A stretch of DNA of 64,000 bases from a virus. Below are positions 9,314 to 18,280 of the stretch, one piece after another (position 1 is the stretch's first letter; every line of letters starts with the position of its first letter). The stretch covers positions 1 through 64,000 of the IMG/VR virus record IMGVR_UViG_3300025405_000011. One strand, given 5' to 3'. Under the pieces are notes generated by a model. The model ran no database searches, was not told where the DNA came from, and was given only the letters and a program-made list of their open reading frames with translations. Position numbers and translations under genes: made by a program.

Positions 9314-9859
9314 TTAACCTCTTCGGTATATTTGATTTTGTATATACCTTTGAGTGGCCTTCAAAGATTGTACTTTATCATTAATCTGTCTCCAAGCAGC
9401 ATACTGTACAAAGTAGAAGTAACGATCATCACGAGTTTCCATACGAGCACGAGCCTGTAGATCACTCTGAGTACCACTTACCGGTTTACGGTAGGCTTCC
9501 CAATACTTATCGTCCCAAATATAGTAACTAAACTGAGCCTTTAAATATCTTCTGGTTACTTCTTCTTCAATGGCTACGATTGTACTCTGTAGGTTTAGAA
9601 ACAAACGATCTGCTTCATCTGAACCCATATGTACATCACTATTAAAACGAGCAATAATCACTTCGGCAGGATGAAGATATTCCTTCATAAACTCTTCTAC
9701 CATCTTTTCAATGGTTTCTAGAGCATCAAATTCTTCTGGTTTACTTTCCCAAGTAAACGCTCGAACTACAAAATTATGAAGGTCTCCAAACTTTTCGTCA
9801 TGTTCTTCAGCAAGGCTAGGTTCTTGTAAACCTTCGAGGCCTTTCTTAAATTGACTCAT
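9314..9859 (-). CDS. Hypothetical coiled-coil protein (possible recombination mediator)
   Basis: Helical ORF within the recombination module. Confidence 0.5.
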   Translation of the reverse strand: MSQFKKGLEGLQEPSLAEEHDEKFGDLHNFVVRAFTWESKPEEFDALETIEKMVEEFMKEYLHPAEVIIARFNSDVHMGSDEADRLFLNLQSTIVAIEEEVTRRYLKAQFSYYIWDDKYWEAYRKPVSGTQSDLQARARMETRDDRYFYFVQYAAWRQINDKVQSLKATQRYIQNQIYRRG

Positions 9860-10358
9860 TCGTTATCCATTCTTTATACTGACTGGCGACAAGGCCAATG
9901 GCTATAGCATCATAAACATCATAGGGTAAATCGGATGCTATTTCCTCTCCTGATTTTAGTATGTTATTTTCAATAACACAACTTTTTACTTCGTCTTTTG
10001 TACATTTGGCTTTGCCTACAAACTTCTTATGCCAAGCCTGAGGAGTAAACTGTTGATAGGCATACCCTCTCTGTAGAGTTAGGACTTTGAGTGTACTGGC
10101 TGTGGCCTGTACTAGTTCTCTTTGAGCCATCTGACCGAATGCCGGTACGATCTCCCAGGCTACATAGGCCACTCGATCTAGTAATGGATTAAATTCTGGA
10201 ATTAATCTTCTCATTAAAAGATTCATCTTTTGATTAAAAGCCATACTCTTAGGGGCATCAGATATTGGACTTAGAAATCCATATTCTTGTACTTCCCCAT
10301 TTAGAGAAGTTATAGACCAGCCTATCCTAGAGGAACCGGGGTCCAAACTTAAAATCAC
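9846..10358 (-). CDS. ruvC: RuvC-like Holliday junction resolvase
   Basis: ILSLDPGSSRIGWS, catalytic E, P-x-x-W-x-K...G-x-A-x-x-x-K, DVYDAIAIG. Confidence 0.85.
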   Translation of the reverse strand: MILSLDPGSSRIGWSITSLNGEVQEYGFLSPISDAPKSMAFNQKMNLLMRRLIPEFNPLLDRVAYVAWEIVPAFGQMAQRELVQATASTLKVLTLQRGYAYQQFTPQAWHKKFVGKAKCTKDEVKSCVIENNILKSGEEIASDLPYDVYDAIAIGLVASQYKEWITNESI

Positions 10359-11104
10359 TTAGCCCATCGTTCACAGAAGTTTCTTGCTGGACACTCCAAG
10401 TATGTCTTATCATTCGGTCCATTGCAACAGGATCTGAGATCCGAGGGGTCCGAACTGCTGATGGCCACACGGACTTTGCTCCACTTTGTGTACACTTTTT
10501 GTAATTCTTGCTCATCTTTCTTAACCTCTATTGTTCTAAGTCTATGTGGGTATGCTTTTTCTACAAATAGTAGAGCCATACGATCTGGAGCACCAGGACA
10601 GTTGTCTTGGTATACTCTTAGTTGCATTGAGTAGCTGTAACTTGCTTCCTTAGGAAGCATATTGGTACTCTTAATGTCAACTAAAAAACGTTCTCCATCT
10701 GGAGTCGTTAGTTCCAGAACGTCCACTGCTCCAGCGATCATTCTTTCTTCGTTTAGAAACTTTACTTCGACCTTGTCTAAAGAGGTAAAACCCAAGTGGA
10801 TCAACATGCTTTGTATGATTGAGTGGAATGCTGACCCCACTTGAAAGGTCATTTGTAGAGTTGGGCTTATTCGTTCTTCTTGTAATAGTGGTCTCCATTC
10901 AGGGTGAAACTTATAGTATAGTTGCATCTCTCCGGCAGTAATGTCACTGCTCGGGTGATACATATTGTCGAATTTGCGTTCTTTATTATAGACCTTTACC
11001 GGATACTCTTCAGGCCAGTCGGCATGAATTAGAGCTTCCTCCAAGTGTGGAGTAATAGGTTCCTGGGTCTGGTAAGTAGCCAGAGTTCTTTCTAAAAAGC
11101 TCAC
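10355..11104 (-). CDS. PD-(D/E)xK Cas4-like exonuclease
   Basis: HPSS, G-x-x-x-H, GAVD, VDIKS, QLRVY and C-terminal Cys residues. Confidence 0.8.
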   Translation of the reverse strand: MSFLERTLATYQTQEPITPHLEEALIHADWPEEYPVKVYNKERKFDNMYHPSSDITAGEMQLYYKFHPEWRPLLQEERISPTLQMTFQVGSAFHSIIQSMLIHLGFTSLDKVEVKFLNEERMIAGAVDVLELTTPDGERFLVDIKSTNMLPKEASYSYSMQLRVYQDNCPGAPDRMALLFVEKAYPHRLRTIEVKKDEQELQKVYTKWSKVRVAISSSDPSDLRSCCNGPNDKTYLECPARNFCERWAK

Positions 11105-11514
11105 TCATTTTCCTTTAGTCTTAGATAGTCCGAGTATAGTTCCAAAAAGTCATCTTTATCAAGGACCACTAGATCTAGTAATACTGGCAGGTTCTCGGGA
11201 GTATTCTCCCGTTCTCCCCACTCGGTCATCTCGATAGTAGGACCATAGAGTCTTATAGCCAATACTGGTCTACTAAGCCAACTCTTATTTTGAGCATGGC
11301 TTTTAACGGTGTTCCAAATAGTTTTCGTTATACTAAAAGATGAACTTTGAGTGCTTTTACATTCTATCATGAACTCCATTCCCTGGAATTCGGTAGTTTG
11401 AAGATCAGCCTTCTCCCACTTGGCACCAGAACCGATGGTTCTTTTGCTCTTGGGCCACTGTTCTTCAAGTTCACGCTCTTGGCGTTGACTCATCTTAGTT
11501 TGAAATTTTCCCAT
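11101..11514 (-). CDS. Hjc-like PD-(D/E)xK resolvase/endonuclease
   Basis: QE, GSGAKWEKADL and IECKST motifs. Confidence 0.7.
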   Translation of the reverse strand: MGKFQTKMSQRQERELEEQWPKSKRTIGSGAKWEKADLQTTEFQGMEFMIECKSTQSSSFSITKTIWNTVKSHAQNKSWLSRPVLAIRLYGPTIEMTEWGERENTPENLPVLLDLVVLDKDDFLELYSDYLRLKENE

Positions 11515-11635
11515 GGTCCATCTCTGCTAAGTGGGTATAGAGACCGTCTAGCTCTATTGTAAACAATGTTGTATTGTCTTTGGATAGTTTTAGTAGTAAA
11601 GACTCTTTGTCTTTACAAATACTACATTCACTCAT
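11495..11635 (-). CDS. Small hypothetical protein (46 aa, MSECSICKD...)
   Basis: Manually translated; fills the gap exactly, overlapping its neighbours. Confidence 0.45.
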   Translation of the reverse strand: MSECSICKDKESLLLKLSKDNTTLFTIELDGLYTHLAEMDHGKISN

Positions 11636-11846
11636 TATACATTCCTAATTGTTCTTGTACTTTTGTAAGTTCTTCTAATGCTTCTTCTTGAGTATAAACA
11701 TCATACTTGTTACTCTTACCCACCGGTTTTAATACTATACAACCAGACGGTGACTTGTCTAAGTGTTCTAAGAGCCCTCTATGAAACTTCTTCATCTGCT
11801 TTTTAAGCTTACGAGGAGTTTTAGACGTCGGGGGTATCAATATCAT
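11628..11846 (-). CDS. Hypothetical protein
   Basis: Packed ORF. Confidence 0.55.
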   Translation of the reverse strand: MILIPPTSKTPRKLKKQMKKFHRGLLEHLDKSPSGCIVLKPVGKSNKYDVYTQEEALEELTKVQEQLGMYNE

Positions 11847-12933
11847 CTGAATCTTCTGTTAATGGACGTCCAAAGTATTCGTCCTCTTGGCTAGTTAACA
11901 CTAGAGCGTTACCGTTCTTAATGGTGTCAGTAATTTCAGCAGCAAACTCTTCACCTCGGCCTTGGTCCCAGATGGCTTGGAAGAAACTATCTCGTCCTTG
12001 AGCCTTAATGTCTTTCCAAGAGAACCAGGCACCCTGTCTCTGAGCCACTCCCAGTAGAATTCCCATTCGAGCAAGGTCTCGTTTAGTGTCAATACCCGGA
12101 TGGTCTAGAGTAGAGTTCGGTTGATTATAGAAGTCCGTCCAACCTTCCCGGAAAGGAGGGCCATAGGAGTTTTTAACGGTTTTCATTACGATCGGATTAC
12201 CTACCTGCACGTTTTCTCCGTCGACCTTATCGAAGTATTTATCACTGCCTGGACGGAGATAGATACGAACACTCATAGCATGCTTTACGGCATTACCACC
12301 GGGAGTCATAGGACGATTATATCCATCCATGTCCTGTCGAAGTTGGTTGAGATAGAAGACTGTAACATCGTAGAGATTGGCTAGAGGAGCAACAGTTTGT
12401 ACATTTCTCTTCATTACTCCAGCATTACCACCCATCTTGTCATTCTTGTCGGTAAGTTCATTCATAGAGTGCTTGGTTGCTGCTCCACCTACACTATCCC
12501 AGACAATAGCACAGATCTGCTTACTCTTGATTAAACGAACCATCATATCCGTTCCAGTTTCAGCATCTGGTGGCTGTACTACAATTAGACTCTCGTCAAC
12601 TTTAAGTCCTAGCTTTTCAGCCCATTCAGGATTAAATCGATGTTCTAGATCAATAACTGCAACCATCTTTTCACCCTTATAGAAATCATAGCAATCCTTA
12701 AGAGCCATAAAAGCAAAACTACTTTTACCCGAATGCTCTTTACCAAAAAACTCAATTAGTTTTCCCTCAGGCCATCCACCTACAGCCAATAGATAATCTA
12801 GTGCTGGGGAGAAGGTAGGTATTACTTTAATCTTCTCTATATTGTTGCCTCTTAAAGCAAGTGGTTTACTTCCCTCCGGAGTAAACTTATTTAGATCAGC
12901 AATTAATTTGTCCATTTCATCGCCACGTGCCAT
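11821..12933 (-). CDS. recA: RecA-like recombinase
   Basis: GKEHSGKS Walker A, IDLEH, IVWDSV, NQLR, TPGGNAVKH, GAWFS. Confidence 0.95.
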   Translation of the reverse strand: MARGDEMDKLIADLNKFTPEGSKPLALRGNNIEKIKVIPTFSPALDYLLAVGGWPEGKLIEFFGKEHSGKSSFAFMALKDCYDFYKGEKMVAVIDLEHRFNPEWAEKLGLKVDESLIVVQPPDAETGTDMMVRLIKSKQICAIVWDSVGGAATKHSMNELTDKNDKMGGNAGVMKRNVQTVAPLANLYDVTVFYLNQLRQDMDGYNRPMTPGGNAVKHAMSVRIYLRPGSDKYFDKVDGENVQVGNPIVMKTVKNSYGPPFREGWTDFYNQPNSTLDHPGIDTKRDLARMGILLGVAQRQGAWFSWKDIKAQGRDSFFQAIWDQGRGEEFAAEITDTIKNGNALVLTSQEDEYFGRPLTEDSDDIDTPDV

Positions 12934-13106
12934 TATTCTTCTTCCTTTCTAGGTTCTGCTACATATTCTTCAAACGGGTGACATTTAAGAGTATAGTGGG
13001 GTGGATTATTATGAACCCAAGTGCCACTAGTTCCTTGAATAATTTCTCTTATATCTCCAAGTCTTCGATAACAATTACTACAAAAAGCTCTAACCCACTC
13101 ATCCAT
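12933..13106 (-). CDS. Small hypothetical protein (57 aa, MDEWVRAFCSNC...)
   Basis: Manual translation; TAATG-coupled to its neighbours on both sides. Confidence 0.55.
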   Translation of the reverse strand: MDEWVRAFCSNCYRRLGDIREIIQGTSGTWVHNNPPHYTLKCHPFEEYVAEPRKEEE

Positions 13107-13240
13107 TATTTCTCCCAGTGTTTTTTGTCTTCCCAGATTTCAGTATCTTCATTAACATGCTTTTGTCGGTGTAGTAAGAAGTCTAGTGCTTTATGAAATC
13201 TAATATTACATATATGACAAAAGTGTGTTATTCTATTCAT
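13106..13240 (-). CDS. 44-aa C2H2 zinc-finger microprotein
   Basis: MNRITHFCHICNIRFHKALDFLLHRQKH...; C-x2-C-x3-F-x5-F-x2-H-x3-H; translationally coupled. Confidence 0.6.
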   Translation of the reverse strand: MNRITHFCHICNIRFHKALDFLLHRQKHVNEDTEIWEDKKHWEK

Positions 13241-13479
13241 GACTTCTTACCGTTACAGCCTTTTTTAACACAACTACCGTCACGATTCTTATTATGCTCA
13301 CAAGGATTCATTTCTTGAGGAATAAGTCTCTCTTTACAGTCTGGGCAAAAGAAACTATAGTATGGTTTAAAGACTCCATATTCATTAATCTTTCCATGTT
13401 TACAGTCACTCACTTCTTGCTCCTTGCTATAGCAATCATACCAAATGTCATAATAAGAGTATCTACTATCATTACCCAA
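13237..13479 (-). CDS. Cys-rich hypothetical protein
   Basis: CKH, CPDC and CEH motifs. Confidence 0.55.
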   Translation of the reverse strand: MGNDSRYSYYDIWYDCYSKEQEVSDCKHGKINEYGVFKPYYSFFCPDCKERLIPQEMNPCEHNKNRDGSCVKKGCNGKKS

Positions 13480-13483
13480 CTGT

Positions 13484-16400
13484 TCATGATGCCTTTTCCT
13501 TTAATAGATCTAGTCTAAAAATATTTCTTAGGCTTAATCCACTCTTTAGTTTTTCAATTTCGAGAAGAACTGGAGCACCCACTTCTAGGTGATCTCTGGT
13601 TCGTGCATAAGTTTCTGGGAATGCTACAATCTGGATACTCTCATCCTTAGGGGTTTCTTCTTGTTCTTCTCCATAGACTTCATCCTCTCCAACTTCACTA
13701 GCATGTAGAGGTAACTCTACCCAGATTTGACACATCTCTGCTCCAGGATTCTTACCACTCTTGGTTACTAGTGTCTTAACTTTTACAATTAGTCCACCGA
13801 CCATGGCTTTTTCTCCAGTAAACATACTACTCTCTCCTGGGAAGTTATCCTCCTCAGAGATTATTTCAATATAATCACCAAGAGGATCAACACTAACAAG
13901 GGTTCCCAGTAGCTCTTGCTCGTGTTTGCCCCTAGCATGGATTTCTTCCTGAAGATCCGCATAGCAATCGAAAGTAGGGAGAGAGCCATGACAATGCTCA
14001 CAATCATCTTTACAAGTTCCATCTATATTCTTAAAGTCCTTTCTGGCTTTCCAGTATTGATAGAGTGCAGTCTTACTATCTCCACACATACTATCGAATA
14101 CTCCACACTTAATGAGACTAATAGCAGCTCTCTTATTGATCTTTCTGCTAGGAACTCTCTTAACAAAATCTTCCATATCTGTATAGGGCCCTAGATTTTG
14201 TAGTTCTTGTGCTCCACTGGCTACAAACTTAACACTACTTAGACCATATCTAATAGCACCACTCTTGGTTAGAGTAAATCTATTGCCACTCTCATTAATG
14301 TCTGGGCCTAGTACACTAATACCCATTCTTCTAGCTTCACGAGTATAGACTACACTCATAATAGGATTAGTTCTAAATAGAGCAGCCATAAATTCTTTAG
14401 GGTAGTAATGCTTTAAGTAAGCACACCAGTAGGCCACCATAGCATAACCGTAACTGTGACTCTTATTAAACCCATAGGTACCGAAGGCCTGCATCTCATC
14501 GAATACTGCTTCTCCAATTTTAGGATCTACTCCTTGGTCTTCACAACCTTTAAGGAAGATTATTCTTTCCTTCTTCATCTTGTCGAATAGCATCTTACCC
14601 ATGATCTTTCGAACACGGTCAGTCTCACTCAAGGAATATCCGGCTAGTTCTACACAAGCCTGCATAATCTGTTCCTGATAGATAAAAGTACCATAGGTAC
14701 TACCCAAAACTTTTTCTAGATTCGGATGCTTGTACTTGACCCTTACTTTACCTTCCTTCTTCTGAAGATAGAGTTCCAGAAGGTTTAATCCGGTCTCAGC
14801 ATCTGTACTTCTAGTAATACCCGGACGACATACAGCAATCATGGTACTTAGATCTTCAATACTTCTAGGTTGGAATCTTTTAACCAAACTTCTAAGGTTA
14901 CTGGTTTCGATTTGAAAGTTACCAATATTATAACTAGTACAGATACTGTCCCATACTTTAGGGTCTTCGTAAAAGGTTCCCCAGTCGTATTGCCAGTCAT
15001 AGAAGTGAGGAAGAGCATCTGCTCCATGGTTTTGCTTAATTAGGTTAAAGGCATCCATTAGTGTACTAAGGGTTCTTAGTCCCAACATATCGATCTTAAC
15101 AAAACCCAATGCTTCAACATCCCACATGTCGAATTGAGTTCTAACATCACCATTCTTATAACGAAGAGGCAAACGTCCAATCAAACTATCTTTAGAGACC
15201 ACTACACCAGCAGCATGAGCACTAGCATGTCGAATATGAGTGAGAAACTCGGGCATCATCTCGAATAATTTAGGATACTTTTTCTTCCAAGGAAAAAACT
15301 CTTTTTCGTATGCCTTCTCTACTCGATCCCAACCATAGTGTCCTGCACCCTGATCTGCTATATTCCAATGGTCTTCTACAATATTACAAATCTTGTCTGT
15401 ATCGGTTCTGTCAATATTGAGTCCACGGCAAAGGTCTCTTAGAGTTTGCTTTACTCCTAGAGTATTTAGAGTTCCAATACTAGCAATATTGAACTTACCG
15501 TATTGCTGCTCCAAATGCTCTCGAACCAACTGTCTTTCGTTTCTAGGAAAGTCAATGTCGATGTCCGGTAGACTTGCTCGTTCTGGGTCCAGGAATCTTT
15601 CGAACAGTAGTCCGGCCTTAATGGGATCTACCTCAGTAATATCCAGACAATAAGCCAGAAGAGACCCTCCAACAGACCCACGACTAGGACCAATAAGATA
15701 GCCTTCTTCCTTAGACCACGATATGATATCTTTAACCGTAAGAAAGTAGCCAGGAAATCCTTGATTGCAGATAATCGCAAGTTCATAATCCAACCTCTTC
15801 TTATATTCTTCTATTTTATCAGCCAATACTACAGGAGTAATCTTACGATCAAAACCTTCCCAAACCATCTTGGTAAGTTGCCTCTCATCCATTTCTGGAG
15901 TAGCAAAGAAGACAGGCATACTTCTACCTTCAGGAATTCTAGCATCTGATCTACGAGCAATCTCACTAGTATTCTTAATGGCTTCACTCACTACACTTTC
16001 GGGTAGATAACTTAAACGTTCACGAGTTTCAGCCTCACTAAAGAGACACAATTGGTTAGGACCATAGGAGAATCTTTCAGGGTCTTCCATATTCTTACCC
16101 ATTTGAATTGCAGTCATTAGTTCGTGAGCATACCAGTCATCTGGTCGAGCATAGTGAGCATCACTAACCGTTAGTAAGGGCACAGAGAACTCTTGAGCAA
16201 TCTCTACCACTCTTTCATTCCATCGATTACTCTCTTCACTTAGATAAGTGTGGAGTTCTAGATGGAAGTTATCACCAAAGATGGCTTGGTAACGAGAAAT
16301 TCTCTCTATGGCTTTTTCAAGATTACGATCAGCACCATGAAGATGCTTACCGATACAACCACCCATACAACCACCAGTGACCATTAGGCCTTCTGAATAC

Positions 16401-16780
16401 TTTTCTAGTAGTTCCCAGTCAAATCTAGGATTACCATAGTAGGTTCCTTCAATGTAGGCTAGACTACTTAGGGCCCAGAGATTCTCTAGTCCCTTTTGAT
16501 TAAGAGCAACCATAGTCATATGGTCATAGTTCTGGCCTTTTTTGCCTTCTTTAACCCAACGGTCTTCGGTAAAGTAACCTTCCATACCGAATAGTGGCTT
16601 AATTCCAGCCTTATCGGCTTCTCTCTGTAACCTAAGGTGGCCGCTTACCTCTCCATGGTCAGTTAGTGCTATAGAACCTTGACCTAGTTCTACTGCTCTA
16701 GAGACAATTTGCTCTACGGTTGCTAGTCCATCTAAGAACGAATGTTCCGAGTGTACATGTAGGTGGGTTAGGTTATCCAT
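13484..16780 (-). CDS. dnaE: DNA polymerase III alpha subunit
   Basis: PHP domain HLHVHSEHSFLDG, RGSVGGSL, PDIDIDF, HAAG, KIDMLGL, YQEQ, FNKSH, OB-fold. Confidence 0.97.
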   Translation of the reverse strand: MDNLTHLHVHSEHSFLDGLATVEQIVSRAVELGQGSIALTDHGEVSGHLRLQREADKAGIKPLFGMEGYFTEDRWVKEGKKGQNYDHMTMVALNQKGLENLWALSSLAYIEGTYYGNPRFDWELLEKYSEGLMVTGGCMGGCIGKHLHGADRNLEKAIERISRYQAIFGDNFHLELHTYLSEESNRWNERVVEIAQEFSVPLLTVSDAHYARPDDWYAHELMTAIQMGKNMEDPERFSYGPNQLCLFSEAETRERLSYLPESVVSEAIKNTSEIARRSDARIPEGRSMPVFFATPEMDERQLTKMVWEGFDRKITPVVLADKIEEYKKRLDYELAIICNQGFPGYFLTVKDIISWSKEEGYLIGPSRGSVGGSLLAYCLDITEVDPIKAGLLFERFLDPERASLPDIDIDFPRNERQLVREHLEQQYGKFNIASIGTLNTLGVKQTLRDLCRGLNIDRTDTDKICNIVEDHWNIADQGAGHYGWDRVEKAYEKEFFPWKKKYPKLFEMMPEFLTHIRHASAHAAGVVVSKDSLIGRLPLRYKNGDVRTQFDMWDVEALGFVKIDMLGLRTLSTLMDAFNLIKQNHGADALPHFYDWQYDWGTFYEDPKVWDSICTSYNIGNFQIETSNLRSLVKRFQPRSIEDLSTMIAVCRPGITRSTDAETGLNLLELYLQKKEGKVRVKYKHPNLEKVLGSTYGTFIYQEQIMQACVELAGYSLSETDRVRKIMGKMLFDKMKKERIIFLKGCEDQGVDPKIGEAVFDEMQAFGTYGFNKSHSYGYAMVAYWCAYLKHYYPKEFMAALFRTNPIMSVVYTREARRMGISVLGPDINESGNRFTLTKSGAIRYGLSSVKFVASGAQELQNLGPYTDMEDFVKRVPSRKINKRAAISLIKCGVFDSMCGDSKTALYQYWKARKDFKNIDGTCKDDCEHCHGSLPTFDCYADLQEEIHARGKHEQELLGTLVSVDPLGDYIEIISEEDNFPGESSMFTGEKAMVGGLIVKVKTLVTKSGKNPGAEMCQIWVELPLHASEVGEDEVYGEEQEETPKDESIQIVAFPETYARTRDHLEVGAPVLLEIEKLKSGLSLRNIFRLDLLKEKAS

Positions 16781-16786
16781 ACTCTT

Positions 16787-16815
16787 AGTTTAATAGATCT
16801 TGGTATAGTAAACAA
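16787..16815 (-). promoter_or_regulatory. Promoter for a leaderless dnaE transcript
   Basis: TTGTTT-N17-TAAACT-N6-ATG. Confidence 0.65.
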
Positions 16816-16820
16816 GATAA

Positions 16821-17012
16821 TTAGTAGAGCCACTTAAAGAAAAATATTATAGCAGCAAAAGATGCTAGGAATAGTACCATTCCAAAAGGCAATAATAATA
16901 GGTAGTACCAGTCACTCTTGTTTTCAGCAACAAGAGTACCAAGGCCTAAATATATTGCTATTGGAGTAATTATTTCCAAATAGAATTTTATGTGAGTGAG
17001 ATGTGATAACAT
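16821..17012 (-). CDS. Small two-TM membrane protein
   Basis: Two hydrophobic segments. Confidence 0.5.
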   Translation of the reverse strand: MLSHLTHIKFYLEIITPIAIYLGLGTLVAENKSDWYYLLLLPFGMVLFLASFAAIIFFFKWLY

Positions 17013-17302
17013 TAGGCCTCAACAATGGCTAGAATGTGTTCTACTAGGAACACTAGATACTCTTGTTCATCAATTTCGATCTTTTGAGCACTTCTCTTGG
17101 CAAACATTACTCGATCTCCAACACTAATACCAGTTGGGATAATTGAACCATCCATAGCAGTTCGTCCAGGGCCTACAGCAACTACTGTTCCAATATTGGA
17201 CATCTCGGTAGCACCATCTGGTATAAAGAGTCCACTTTCAGTTTTTTCTTCTACTTCATCCAACTGTAGTATTACTTTATCTTCTAGAGCATTAAATGAC
17301 AT
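17012..17302 (-). CDS. groES: Co-chaperonin GroES
   Basis: LEDKV, TESGLFIP, GTVVAVGPG, VGDRV, ILAIVE. Confidence 0.95.
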   Translation of the reverse strand: MSFNALEDKVILQLDEVEEKTESGLFIPDGATEMSNIGTVVAVGPGRTAMDGSIIPTGISVGDRVMFAKRSAQKIEIDEQEYLVFLVEHILAIVEA

Positions 17303-17323
17303 TATATTCTTTCTTTAGATTAA

Positions 17324-17390
17324 TTGAGATCCGGTGGTTGTGTGGAGGCTTGATGCGAGGAAGGAACAAGACCAACCACCGGACTCTCAA
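17324..17390 (-). ncRNA. Long stem with a 32-nt pyrimidine-rich loop downstream of ssb (possible sRNA or terminator-like element)
   Basis: TTGAGA(G)TCCGGTGGTTG ... CAACCACCGGATCTCAA inverted repeat. Confidence 0.45.
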
Positions 17391-17392
17391 AC

Positions 17393-18196
17393 TTATTCTG
17401 CTGATAGCTTCTTACGAAGTCGATCTGCAGTAGTTTCTTCTTCTAGAGGAACATATTCGTCCTCTACATATTCATCTTCATCAGAGGTTACAAAAGCTTC
17501 TTCTTTGGCCTCTGGCTTAATGCCGTGTAGTTGAGCAGCATAGTAGTCTTCACTACCGATTCGAGTCAAGAATCCTTCAATGTCTGGAACAAACTTAGCA
17601 TAACGAGTATCAATATTTTCAATTGGCTTAGGATCTAGTGCAAAGGCCATATAGGTAGTATCTGTACCTGCACCTTGTCGCATAATCTCGATTTCACGAT
17701 CACGAAGACTGCCATACTTTTCAGAAATAACAGCAATCTGATTCCAGAAGTTACGCATGCCTTGACTTACGATACCTACATAAGGCTTCTTCTTAATAAC
17801 GGTCTTGCCGCCTTCTTCAGATTCATAGTTACTGACAACATCACGGTAACCGGTCAGTTTCTTCTGTCCATCAACCTCTTCGTAAACTTCTTCACGAAGA
17901 ACTGCTACACCGTAACCAACATCACGTCGATAGACTTTATCGGCACATAGTTCACAACTAGCATCGAATGCTTGTCGACAAACAAATGTCTTAGTCTTAC
18001 CATCATGAGCAGGAACATTTTCGTGTACTGGAACAACAAAGATGTCATTAGCATCGGTTAGAAATCTTACAGCCTTGCTTTCGCCGGCCTTCCAGTAGAA
18101 CCAGTTGGTCTCTACATAGTCTTTACTTGGAGCACTGCTCCGTTGGGAACGCTCTAGGCTTTCCTTTACTGCTGCCATACCTTTTTTTAGTGCCAT
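17393..18196 (-). CDS. ssb: Single-stranded DNA-binding protein (gp32-like)
   Basis: VRFL, H...C-x7-C-x2-C Zn site, R-x-G-x-G-x-D-T-x-Y, acidic C-terminal region, located in the replisome. Confidence 0.75.
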   Translation of the reverse strand: MALKKGMAAVKESLERSQRSSAPSKDYVETNWFYWKAGESKAVRFLTDANDIFVVPVHENVPAHDGKTKTFVCRQAFDASCELCADKVYRRDVGYGVAVLREEVYEEVDGQKKLTGYRDVVSNYESEEGGKTVIKKKPYVGIVSQGMRNFWNQIAVISEKYGSLRDREIEIMRQGAGTDTTYMAFALDPKPIENIDTRYAKFVPDIEGFLTRIGSEDYYAAQLHGIKPEAKEEAFVTSDEDEYVEDEYVPLEEETTADRLRKKLSAE

Positions 18197-18251
18197 TTTA
18201 GTTTCCTTTAGTTTGGGTTTTGGTTTTTATTCGTTGGCCTAAGCCACTACA

Positions 18252-18280
18252 AGTATAGGTTAATACTCGTATTAAATCAA
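18252..18280 (-). promoter_or_regulatory. Promoter upstream of ssb
   Basis: TTGATT-N17-TATACT. Confidence 0.6.

Noticed and set aside
10355-11104. CRISPR-Cas locus (Cas4-like gene)
   Set aside because: No repeat-spacer array or other cas genes were seen; stand-alone phage exonucleases of this type are common.
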